Shown here: positions 1-8,356 of the stretch, piece by piece
How positions within the stretch are numbered: the first letter of the stretch is position 1
Layout of the letters: every line of letters starts with the position of its first letter
NCBI GenBank assembly: GCA_900767415.1
Contig: CAAFYZ010000028.1
Location: forward strand, 22,987-86,986
Direction of reading: 5' to 3'
Source: Clostridia bacterium
GTDB lineage: Bacteria; Bacillota; Clostridia; Oscillospirales; CAG-272
Length of the DNA stretch: 64,000 bases
Position numbers and translations under genes: made by a program
Notes under the pieces: model-generated
The model's input: only the letters and a program-made list of their open reading frames with translations
The model's database searches: none
What the model was told of the DNA's origin: nothing

Positions 1-1494
1 CCGGTGCGAGAATTCGCCCTGTCTGTCGGCGGGAAGACCGAGGGAGAAAAATTCGGTTACGTTGCGGTTATAATCCCATTTGACGTAGTCGATGGCGTTT
101 TCGGAGAGCACTTTGTTGACCGAATCCACGATATAGTCGCGCACGTCCTTGCGCGTCAGGTCGAGCATACGCTGATGGCGGGCATAGCAGGGGAGTCTGC
201 CCGGTACGCCGATCGCATAGTCGGGGTGCGCACGGAAGAGGTCGGAGTCTTCGCTGATCATCTCCGGCTCGAACCAAAGACCGAACTTCATCCCGAGTGC
301 GTGTGCGTGTTCGATCACGGGGGTCAGTCCCTTCGGCATCTTCTCCGTATTGACGAACCAGTCGCCGAGTCCCGACAGCTCATTGTTGCGCACGCCGAAC
401 CAGCCGTCGTCGAGGACGAAGGTGTCGATCCCCGTGTCCTTCACCGCGTCCATGATAGCGATCAGTTTTTCGGGGGTGAAGTTGAAGTAGGTGCCTTCCC
501 AGTTGTTGATGAGAAGGGGACGGTGCGTGTGCACTTTGTCCGCGGGGATGAGGTGCGAGCGGAACGCGTCGTGGAAGGCACGGCTCATGCCGCCGAGTCC
601 CTCGTCGGAATAGGCGATGACCGCCTCCGGCGTCTCGAACCCGGCACCGGGGGCAAGCTCCCAGGAGAAGCCGAAGTCGTTGATACCGCCGAGGATCAGC
701 GACTCGCCGTTGGCAAGTCCCTGTGCCTTGAGAACGTAGGAGGAAGAATAGACGAGACTCACGCCGTATGCGTCACCCCGCGTCTCTGTCGTGTCCTTGC
801 CGAGAATCCCGAGGAAGGGATTCAGCACCGAAGAGGAGGTCGCGCGCTTCGAGTCGATCGAGCATACGCCGTGCCGCATGGGGGTGCGCTCGATCTTGCG
901 CTCCGCCGCCCACGCGCCTTCGAGCGAGAGAAGGTCGTAATGATTCTCCGGCAGGGTGAGTGCGAAGGAGTAGGCGCGGTCGAGACGGAGCGGGATCTCC
1001 GAAAGGTTGCGGTAGACGATCCGCCGCGCAATGACGGCGGCATCGTCATACACCGTATAATACAGGTCGGCGGCAAAGAGCGAAAAACGGTCGAGAAGGT
1101 GTAAAACGAGTGTCTCCCCGCCGGAGAGAGAGGGCATACCGGAGATGCGCGGCTTTTCGGGCAGGATCTCGTAGCCGTCGAAGAGAAGTTCCGTCAGCCG
1201 GTCTCCCGTCGGAGAGGTGACCGAGACGGTCGGCTCGCGGTAGTCGCTGTTGCCGAAGAAGGTCAGCTCGGCGGGGACGTTCAGATAGGTGACAAAGGGA
1301 TGGAAAGCCCCCGGTTTCGAAGGGGTGGAAGAAAGACCGCCGCTCGAACGGGTGAAGAAAAGGGGATCGTGCGCGATGGTTTTTCCGAAATACAGATGTT
1401 CGGGATAACCCGACGCGTTGACGGTGAAAGCATAGGTGATTCCTTTTCCGTCAAGGAAAAAAGTTTTGGAATTTTTGTCGAAAACAATAGCCAT
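1..1494 (-). CDS. alpha-galactosidase, GH36 family (partial; C-terminal part runs off window start, N-terminal 498 aa visible)
   Basis: Absent from the ORF track (no stop in window). My translation of the minus strand from ATG 1494-1492 (RBS GGAAAGGAG) gives MAIVFDKNSKTFFLDGKGITYAF...LDDGWFGVRNNELSGLGDW...KWDYNRN, typical GH36 motifs. ORF 4..1104(+) is its antisense shadow. Confidence 0.85.
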   Translation of the reverse strand, partial: MAIVFDKNSKTFFLDGKGITYAFTVNASGYPEHLYFGKTIAHDPLFFTRSSGGLSSTPSKPGAFHPFVTYLNVPAELTFFGNSDYREPTVSVTSPTGDRLTELLFDGYEILPEKPRISGMPSLSGGETLVLHLLDRFSLFAADLYYTVYDDAAVIARRIVYRNLSEIPLRLDRAYSFALTLPENHYDLLSLEGAWAAERKIERTPMRHGVCSIDSKRATSSSVLNPFLGILGKDTTETRGDAYGVSLVYSSSYVLKAQGLANGESLILGGINDFGFSWELAPGAGFETPEAVIAYSDEGLGGMSRAFHDAFRSHLIPADKVHTHRPLLINNWEGTYFNFTPEKLIAIMDAVKDTGIDTFVLDDGWFGVRNNELSGLGDWFVNTEKMPKGLTPVIEHAHALGMKFGLWFEPEMISEDSDLFRAHPDYAIGVPGRLPCYARHQRMLDLTRKDVRDYIVDSVNKVLSENAIDYVKWDYNRNVTEFFSLGLPADRQGEFSHR

Positions 1495-1782
1495 GATTCG
1501 GCTCCTTTCCGCCTGCCGGCGGATCTTTTCCGCCAAAGGTCGATGAAAGTATAGCACATTCCCGCAGCGTTGTCAATCGTCCGCGGGAATTTTTCGTCCG
1601 CATCGGATTCTAATAAATTAGACCGAAAGCGGGTTCTCCGTGACATCGCACAAAGAAACGAAGATTCTTTTGTGCAACACGAACAAAAAGTTTTCGTAAA
1701 AACCGTGATATTGCCCATGGAAAAACGCCGCGTGATCTGCTAAAATAAAATCAACCAAAAATTTTTCCAAGGAGACACAATC

Positions 1783-2916
1783 ATGGCAGGTCTTTCTCTC
1801 AGACACATCTACAAAAAATATCCGGGCGGCGTTACCGCCGTATCCGACTTCAACCTCGAAATCAAGGACAAAGAGTTCCTGATTTTCGTCGGTCCCTCCG
1901 GTTGCGGTAAGTCCACGACCCTTCGTATGATCGCGGGACTGGAAGAGATCACGGAAGGCGAGCTTTACATCGGCGACCGTTACGTCAACGACGTTGCCCC
2001 GAAGGACAGAGACATCGCGATGGTGTTCCAGAACTACGCGCTGTATCCCCACATGACCGTGTTCGACAACATGGCGTTCGGTCTGAAACTGCGCAAGGTA
2101 CCGAAAGAGGAGATCAAGCGCCGCGTCGAAGAGGCGGCACGTATCCTCGACATCAGCCACCTGCTCGAAAGACGTCCGAAGGCACTGTCCGGCGGTCAGA
2201 AACAGCGTGTCGCACTCGGTCGTGCGATCGTCCGTAACCCGAAGGTCTTCCTGCTTGACGAGCCGCTGTCCAACCTGGACGCGAAGCTGCGTGCCAGCAT
2301 GAGAACCGAGCTGACCAAACTTCATAACAAGGTTCAGACTACTTTTATTTACGTTACGCATGACCAGGTCGAGGCGATGACGATGGCGACCCGTATCGTC
2401 GTTATGAGAGACGGTATCATTCAGCAGGTAGATACGCCCCAGAACCTGTACGACAGCCCCTGCAATCTTTTCGTTGCCGGCTTCATCGGCACGCCGCAGA
2501 TGAACTTCATCAACGGCAAGCTGATCAAGAAAGAGAACGATCTCTTTGCGATGTTCGGCACGACGGAGATCAAGCTCCCCGCCGACAAGGCGAACAACCC
2601 CGCGCTGAAAGAATACGTCGGGCAGGACGTGATCTTCGGTATCCGTCCCGAGGCGATTCACGACGAGCCGATGTACCTGCAGACGCTCTCCGAGACGACG
2701 ATGGACGTCGATGTCGACGTTACCGAGCTGATGGGCGCGGAGATCTATCTGTACCTCAAGTTCGACGGTATGGAAGACGCCACCAACGGCCAGAATATCA
2801 TCGCGAGAGTCTCCTCCCGTTCGCAGGCGCGTGCCGGCGATAAGATTAAAGTCGCGATCGAAGCTTCCCGTATCCACATCTTCGATAAGGATACCGAGAA
2901 GTGCATCTGCCACTGA
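1783..2916 (+). CDS. msmX: sugar ABC transporter ATP-binding protein (MsmX/MsmK/MalK type)
   Basis: Walker A GPSGCGKST, signature LSGGQKQRVALGRA, Walker B FLLDEPLSNLD, MalK-like C-terminal regulatory domain; RBS AAGGAG; divergent from the alpha-galactosidase gene. Confidence 0.93.
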   Translation: MAGLSLRHIYKKYPGGVTAVSDFNLEIKDKEFLIFVGPSGCGKSTTLRMIAGLEEITEGELYIGDRYVNDVAPKDRDIAMVFQNYALYPHMTVFDNMAFGLKLRKVPKEEIKRRVEEAARILDISHLLERRPKALSGGQKQRVALGRAIVRNPKVFLLDEPLSNLDAKLRASMRTELTKLHNKVQTTFIYVTHDQVEAMTMATRIVVMRDGIIQQVDTPQNLYDSPCNLFVAGFIGTPQMNFINGKLIKKENDLFAMFGTTEIKLPADKANNPALKEYVGQDVIFGIRPEAIHDEPMYLQTLSETTMDVDVDVTELMGAEIYLYLKFDGMEDATNGQNIIARVSSRSQARAGDKIKVAIEASRIHIFDKDTEKCICH

Positions 2917-2983
2917 TCCCGCGTTCTTTTGGCAGGGATGTAAATTTTTGCGTGAAAATTCTTCGGAATTTTATAAAAAATAC

Positions 2984-3012
2984 TTGACGCGCGAAAATTT
3001 ATTTGCTATAAT
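2984..3012 (+). promoter_or_regulatory. sigma-A-type promoter for the coiled-coil protein gene
   Basis: TTGACG, 17 nt, TATAAT. Confidence 0.6.
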
Positions 3013-3062
3013 ATAAACAGTATATAATATTATCAGCCGGAAACGGAGAAAGAGGTAACGGT

Positions 3063-4685
3063 ATGAACGGTGAATCCATGAATGTCGCGGCGGAGAACAA
3101 CGTTCCGATGACGAAGCAGGAAAGCAAGGTCACCCTCGCGAATAAGAAGAAGACCATCGCGCAGAGTCAGAGAAGCGTTGTGATCGCTCTTGACGATTAC
3201 AAGAAAGCGGCAAAGAAACTGCAGAAAAAAGCAAACCTGAATGCGAAGATGCAGGCGGCTTCCGCTGCGAAACCGAGAAACTACGCAAAGAGAAACAAGG
3301 CGGAACTTGCACAGGCAGCGTATGATGCCGCGGATGCGGAAGTCAAGGCGATTGCCGAAGATATCCGTCTCAAGATGGAAGACATCGCGGCGCAGTATGC
3401 GGAACTTCGCGAGCTTCTTGCCGACAGACGGAAACTGGTTTTGAAGTCCGAGACCGAAGAGGCGGATTTTGTCCAGTACGTAGACGTACATAAGGCGAGA
3501 ATCGAGGGCACCTACGGTATCGTTCTCCCCGAAGAGCCGACTGCCGCACCGGAAGAGCCCGTGGAAGAAGCACCTGCGGAAGAAGAGAAGGCACCTGCGT
3601 TCCCGTTCCCGCCCTACGGCTTCCCGATGTATCCCCCGGTATATAATATTTATCAGCCCGCGGCACCCGCGCAGGCAGCACCTGCCGCCACCGCTTCCGA
3701 GACCCGTCCCGAGGTCAAGGTTCTTCCCGTCAACATCGACATCTCCAAGGCAGTGGAAAAGGCGGTCAACACCGCGCTCTCCCGCTTTGCGAGCGAGTTT
3801 GAGACGAAGCTGAATGATTACATCGCTTCCATGCCCGCACCGACCGGACTTTCTTCCGCAACCGTCAAGGCGTATGAGATGGAAGTTCAGGTTTCCGAAG
3901 ACGAGAAGTTCCTGATGGAAAAACTCGCTGCCATGGTCGAGAACGTCAAGTCGATCAACGAGAAGATGCTTGAGCTGAACGCGGCGTATGCCGACATCAC
4001 CGACAAGCAGAAGGAGATCTCCGAGCAGCAGAAGAAGACCAACGACATTCAGCGCTACACGCTTCGTGAACAGCAGGGCGTCCAGGTCAACCAGAAGGTC
4101 ATCGGTAAGGATCAGATCGCCGTTGTCGAAGAGCAGACCGCCGTTGCGGAACAGCAGAAGGCAGCCGTCGAGCGTCAGCAGGCGATTCTCGAGGCACAGA
4201 CCGAGGTCGCGAAGGAGCAGGCAATGCTGATCGACGCGCAGAGCGAGATCAGTGAAGCCATGAAGTCGATCGCCGCCGCACAGGGCGACATCGTTACCGC
4301 GCAGGAGAACCTCACCAAGAGCAACAACGAGAACATGGAAGCATGGAAGAACGTTGCCGATATGCAGAACGATCTCAACAACCAGCAGAAAGAAACCGCC
4401 AACGCGCAGAAGGCGCTCGCCCGCGATCAGAAAGCGATCAGCGAAAAGCAGAAGACGGCAGAAGAACTTCAGGCAGGCATTCTTGACGGCTTGAAGACCA
4501 TGCTGAAAGAGAATAAGTCTCTGTCGGATGCGCTGGAGAGAGAACGCGCAAAACTTCAGAAGAAAGCCGATAAAAAGGCAGAAGAGAAGAAGGCGGAAGA
4601 CGCTCCCGCGGCAGAACCCGTAACCCTTGAGGCGGCAGAGCCCGTCGAGGAGACTGCGGAGACGGAGACTGCACCCGAGGCATAA
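3063..4685 (+). CDS. hypothetical coiled-coil protein (Q/E/K/A-rich, central Pro-rich linker)
   Basis: 540-aa ORF with consensus promoter and RBS (AAGAGG, 7 nt before ATG) and an intrinsic terminator at 4765-4797. No signal peptide or TM. No recognisable enzymatic motif. Confidence 0.65.
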   Translation: MNGESMNVAAENNVPMTKQESKVTLANKKKTIAQSQRSVVIALDDYKKAAKKLQKKANLNAKMQAASAAKPRNYAKRNKAELAQAAYDAADAEVKAIAEDIRLKMEDIAAQYAELRELLADRRKLVLKSETEEADFVQYVDVHKARIEGTYGIVLPEEPTAAPEEPVEEAPAEEEKAPAFPFPPYGFPMYPPVYNIYQPAAPAQAAPAATASETRPEVKVLPVNIDISKAVEKAVNTALSRFASEFETKLNDYIASMPAPTGLSSATVKAYEMEVQVSEDEKFLMEKLAAMVENVKSINEKMLELNAAYADITDKQKEISEQQKKTNDIQRYTLREQQGVQVNQKVIGKDQIAVVEEQTAVAEQQKAAVERQQAILEAQTEVAKEQAMLIDAQSEISEAMKSIAAAQGDIVTAQENLTKSNNENMEAWKNVADMQNDLNNQQKETANAQKALARDQKAISEKQKTAEELQAGILDGLKTMLKENKSLSDALERERAKLQKKADKKAEEKKAEDAPAAEPVTLEAAEPVEETAETETAPEA

Positions 4686-4686
4686 G

Positions 4687-5865
4687 TCACTCTTCCGAGA
4701 GCTTTTGAACCCATTCCTCGAATCTTTCTTCTTCCGTCTTTCGGAACAGAGAGATCACATGAGAGAAACCGGAGATTCCGTCTCCGGTTTCTTTTTTGTC
4801 CGCGGTCGCGGGCCCTTCTTTTATCACGCCCTCCGCACCGGGGGAACGCCACGAGCCCGTCTTTTTTGCCTGCTCGGACGTGTACACGCCCCGTATGCGC
4901 TCCGTCACTTCACGATAGCTCCGAAAGGGGCGTAAAAGCCCGCCGTCGGGCGCAAACGCCCCGACCGTCTCACAGAGGCGTCGGCATTTGTCGCTCGCAC
5001 CGTGCAAAAAACAGGGCGTGTGGCAGAGGAGAGAAAACACCCCGCCGTGAAATCGCTCGGAGACCGAAAAGCGCGCCGCGGCGCACACGCGGGAGAACTC
5101 TTCGTAGGAGCGCGGCGCGAAGAAACCGACGCCGTACCTTGCCGCGAGACGGGAGAGCGCGGCACCGTCTTCCTTCGGGTGAAAGGCGGCGATGACGACC
5201 CTCCACTCCATCGCGTGAGCGGAGAGAATCAGCTCGTCAAGCCACGGATCCCCGACCGAACTTTTGCGAGGGATCAGCAAAAGGAGATTTTCTTTTTTTG
5301 CTTGTTTTTCGGGGAGGGAAAAGCACAGATCGGGTACAAAGCGGAGATCCTTCCCCTCGGGAAACATCGCGCGCAAAGCGGCAAGATCGCCCGCCGTGCG
5401 TGCTCCGAGACAGGAGAAGCCGTCGAGTGCCTTCCGCGCCGTTTTGCATGAGAGCCACCCGCGAAAGCCGCCGATCCCTCCGCCGTACATCATCAGCGGT
5501 TTCCCCGCGCGTGTCGCATACCGCAGGAGCAGGGTATAGAAGAGCAGGGAGGAAAAACTGCTCTCGCTTTGCAAAAGATTCCCCCCGACCAAGACCACGC
5601 ACCGACACGCACGGATTTTTTGAAAGAGGGCAAGCACCTTTCGCCGTGAAAAAGGCAGGACGAGGGGCGTATCGTCCGTGCGCTTCTCCCCGCGCGTATG
5701 CCGCCCCGCCGTCCGCTTCCCGACGGAACTTTCTTTATCGTCAGACAGGACGTGATAAGGGATCCCGCGGGCGTGCAAGCGGGCGGTGAAAATACGCAGC
5801 GTCTCCTCGTCTCCGAGGTTGCCGAAACCGAAATAGCCGAAAAGAAGCAGTGCTTTTTCTTCCAT
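4687..5865 (-). CDS. csaB: polysaccharide pyruvyl transferase (CsaB-like)
   Basis: Start chosen at MEEKALLLFGYFGFGNLGDEE (RBS GGAGGGGAG); GYxGxxNxGDE N-terminal motif and VLVGGNLLQ/GGGIG pattern of the pyruvyl-transferase family. The C-terminal ~60 aa are low-complexity and overlap the neighbour's terminator. Confidence 0.7.
   Translation of the reverse strand: MEEKALLLFGYFGFGNLGDEETLRIFTARLHARGIPYHVLSDDKESSVGKRTAGRHTRGEKRTDDTPLVLPFSRRKVLALFQKIRACRCVVLVGGNLLQSESSFSSLLFYTLLLRYATRAGKPLMMYGGGIGGFRGWLSCKTARKALDGFSCLGARTAGDLAALRAMFPEGKDLRFVPDLCFSLPEKQAKKENLLLLIPRKSSVGDPWLDELILSAHAMEWRVVIAAFHPKEDGAALSRLAARYGVGFFAPRSYEEFSRVCAAARFSVSERFHGGVFSLLCHTPCFLHGASDKCRRLCETVGAFAPDGGLLRPFRSYREVTERIRGVYTSEQAKKTGSWRSPGAEGVIKEGPATADKKETGDGISGFSHVISLFRKTEEERFEEWVQKLSEE
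4765..4797 (+). terminator. intrinsic terminator of the coiled-coil gene
   Basis: 11-bp stem GAAACCGGAGA/TCTCCGGTTTC, then T6. Lies inside the 3' tail of the convergent csaB-like ORF. Confidence 0.8.
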
Positions 5866-6050
5866 CCGCTCCCCTCCTTTTTTCTTATTTTTCCCGAAAA
5901 CGGGAAAAGCATGACCGAAGGGGAAGCAATCCGCCCTTTTCTTTTCAAAACATGGAAATTGCAAACAATCATAGTCAATCGTGCCGATTTTTCTGTTATA
6001 TTCGGCGAAAATGTCGGAAAACAGAAAGAAATCGGTTTGCCGATTTTACG

Positions 6051-6091
6051 AAAAAAGAGTGCCACGGCGATATACCGTGGCACTCTTTTTT
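6051..6091. terminator. bidirectional terminator downstream of spoVG
   Basis: 13-bp stem AAGAGTGCCACGG/CCGTGGCACTCTT flanked by A6 and T-run. Confidence 0.8.
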
Positions 6092-6103
6092 ATTTTTCGC
6101 CGA

Positions 6104-6409
6104 TCAGATAATAACGGCGTTTTCCGCAGCTTCCGCTTCGTCATGCTCCGCGGCAACGCGCTGAACATGGTAGGCATCGATGACGGCATTTTCGAGTTTG
6201 GCTCTGAATTCCGCGTTGATCGGGTGAACGATGTCGCGGTATGTTCCGTCGGGATTCTTGCGGGAAGGCATCACGATGAAATAACGGTCTCTCGCGAAAA
6301 TGACCTTGATGTCATGGACGGCGAGACAATCGTCAAAGGTGACGGAGACGACGGCTTTCATCGGTCCTTCGTCGAAAAATTTTCTGATTTTGATGTCTGT
6401 GATCTGCAT
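6104..6409 (-). CDS. spoVG: septation/sporulation regulator SpoVG
   Basis: MQITDIKIRKF...KAVVSVTFDDCLAVHDIKVI...FIVMPSRK..DGTYRDIVHPIN is near-canonical SpoVG. Confidence 0.95.
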   Translation of the reverse strand: MQITDIKIRKFFDEGPMKAVVSVTFDDCLAVHDIKVIFARDRYFIVMPSRKNPDGTYRDIVHPINAEFRAKLENAVIDAYHVQRVAAEHDEAEAAENAVII

Positions 6410-6632
6410 TTGAGAATTCCTTTCCTGCGTTGTAAACTTTTTTCAACTACTGCATATAGTATACAATATCCGCCCCGAAATATTCACCTTTTATTTTGAA
6501 TGATCCGTTTTGTTTTTGAAAATTATAAGTGTATAAATTTTGAACTTGAAGGAAAAGAGTTCAACCTTACGGAATCTTTTGGTTTTTCGTCGCATTTTTG
6601 AAGAAAGGACGCCGCCTTCGGCGACCGATGCC

Positions 6633-8093
6633 ATGCCGCTTACCCATTCTTCTTATCCTCCCGCCGTGCTTTGCGCTCTGCTCGAAGAGCGTACGCTCCC
6701 GATCTTCTTCGTCGGGATCGGCGGCGTCTCCGTCCGCACACTCGCCATGTACGCACACCGCCTCGGCTATCCCGTGCGCGGCTGTGACAGAGAAGAGAGC
6801 CCCGCACTCGACGCTCTGCGCGCCGTCGGAATCGAAGTCTTCCCCCGCCACGCGGCGGAGAACGCCCGCGGCGCGGGACTTGTCGTCTATACGCTCGCCG
6901 CGTCGGAGAATACCCCGGAACTTTGCTATGCGCGTGACCACGGGATCCCCGCCGTTTCGCGCGCCGAGTTCCTCGGTGCGCTCATGCTCCGCTTCGATAC
7001 GAGGATCGGCGTCTCCGGCTCTCACGGGAAGAGCGGCACGACGGCAAAACTCGCCGCCGCCCTTCGCCTCGCGGGCAGGCGTCCCACCGTCTTCTGCGGT
7101 GCCTCTCTCCCCGGGGGAGAGCCGTGGATTTTCGGCGGGGAGGAGACGCTGATTTACGAGGCGTGCGAATACCGCGACTCTTTTTTGCACTTTTTCCCGA
7201 CCGTTTCCGTCTTTTTGAATCTGGAGCTCGATCATACCGACTATTTTGCGGACATCGACGCGCTCGCGGCGTCCTTTCTCGCCGCCGCCGACCGTTCGCC
7301 CGTCTCGGTGCTGAATGCCGACGACGAACGTCTTCGCCGCATCGCACGGAAGACGAAGAGCCGCCCGATCCTCTTCGGAGAAGGGAAGGACTACGACTTC
7401 GGTTACCGCGTGACGGACGTCTCGCACGGCTACGTTACCTTCCGCGCCTACGAGGGCGGGGAAGCCCTCGGCGACGTGACTCTCGGGACACCGGGGCGTT
7501 TTCAGACGGTGAACGCCGTCGCCGCAATCGCCGCCGCCCGCACGACGGGGACGGATTTTTCGTATCTTCGGACGGCACTTTCCCGCGATACGGGGATCCC
7601 CCGTCGGATGGAACGGCTCGGCACGCTGTTCGGACGCCCTGTGTTTTACGACTATGCCCATCATCCGACCGAGATCCGCGCGGTTTTGTCCGCTCTGCGC
7701 GAGATGACGGGCGGGGGCGTTACCGTGATCTTTTCGCCGCACACCTATTCCCGCACGGCGTCGCTGTTTTCTTCCTTTGCCGACGCGCTCGCCGAGGCGT
7801 CGGACGTAATCCTTCTGCCGATTTTCGCGGCGAGAGAAGAGCCGATCCCCGGCGTGACGTCCGAACGTCTTGCGGAGGCGATCGGGAAAAAAGCCGTCGC
7901 CCTGTCGGCGGAAGACGCACTCGGCTATGTCGAAGAACATACCGAAGGGGCGATCGCCCTGCTCGGGGCGGGCGATCTTTCCGTTCCCCTTGCCGGGATT
8001 CGTGCCGCTCTCGACGGCAAAAGTCCCGGTTTTCCCGCCGAAAAAGAAAGAAAAAACGAAAAAACTCTTGACAATCCGCCCCGATCGGTGTAA
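6633..8093 (+). CDS. murC: UDP-N-acetylmuramate--L-alanine ligase
   Basis: FFVGIGGVSVRTLA Rossmann N-terminus, GVSGSHGKSGTT P-loop, Mur ligase central and C-terminal patterns. Start is uncertain (ATG 6633 chosen; the track ORF begins at an alternative start at 6540). Confidence 0.88.
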   Translation: MPLTHSSYPPAVLCALLEERTLPIFFVGIGGVSVRTLAMYAHRLGYPVRGCDREESPALDALRAVGIEVFPRHAAENARGAGLVVYTLAASENTPELCYARDHGIPAVSRAEFLGALMLRFDTRIGVSGSHGKSGTTAKLAAALRLAGRRPTVFCGASLPGGEPWIFGGEETLIYEACEYRDSFLHFFPTVSVFLNLELDHTDYFADIDALAASFLAAADRSPVSVLNADDERLRRIARKTKSRPILFGEGKDYDFGYRVTDVSHGYVTFRAYEGGEALGDVTLGTPGRFQTVNAVAAIAAARTTGTDFSYLRTALSRDTGIPRRMERLGTLFGRPVFYDYAHHPTEIRAVLSALREMTGGGVTVIFSPHTYSRTASLFSSFADALAEASDVILLPIFAAREEPIPGVTSERLAEAIGKKAVALSAEDALGYVEEHTEGAIALLGAGDLSVPLAGIRAALDGKSPGFPAEKERKNEKTLDNPPRSV

Positions 8094-8096
8094 AAT
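8068..8096 (+). promoter_or_regulatory. promoter of the mgtE leader (overlaps murC 3' end)
   Basis: TTGACA, 17 nt, TGt-TAAAAT. Confidence 0.6.
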
Positions 8097-8099
8097 ACC

Positions 8100-8320
8100 G
8101 ATGAATGAAACATACTGAAAGCGAGGTGAGACCGCATGATAGGGGATGACCGAAGTAGCAAGGTACACATATCGTATACCGACGCGCATTTTCCGCGGTC
8201 TCGCACCCGCGGAGCGGGACTCGGGGCGTAGTTTCCCCGAGGGAGATTTTTGCCCGGCTTTTGCCGTGCTCTGTCTTCTTTTTTCGCGCGCGTCGATGAT
8301 GCGCGCTTTTTCGTTTTTCC
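8100..8320 (+). promoter_or_regulatory. structured 5' leader with intrinsic terminator upstream of mgtE (candidate M-box Mg2+ riboswitch)
   Basis: Long-range stem GGTGAGACCGC (8125-8135) / GCGGTCTCGCACC (8195-8207). Hairpins CCCGC-gga-GCGGG and CTCGGGG-N8-CCCCGAG. Terminator 8285-8320. AGGUGAG start resembles the M-box 5' end, but the conserved 3' GCUAAAGC was not seen. Confidence 0.45.
8285..8320 (+). terminator. leader (attenuator) terminator before mgtE
   Basis: GC stem CGCGCGCG...GCGCGC followed by TTTTTCGTTTTT. Confidence 0.65.
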
Positions 8321-8356
8321 GCAGAAAACGAAATCCGAGAAAAGAGGAACCTACCC

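Noticed and set aside
4-1104. 366-aa plus-strand ORF at the window start.
   Set aside because: It is antisense to a clearly recognisable GH36 alpha-galactosidase that I translated from the minus strand (1-1494). It is the typical high-GC shadow ORF with Arg/Val/Gly/Glu-rich nonsense composition.
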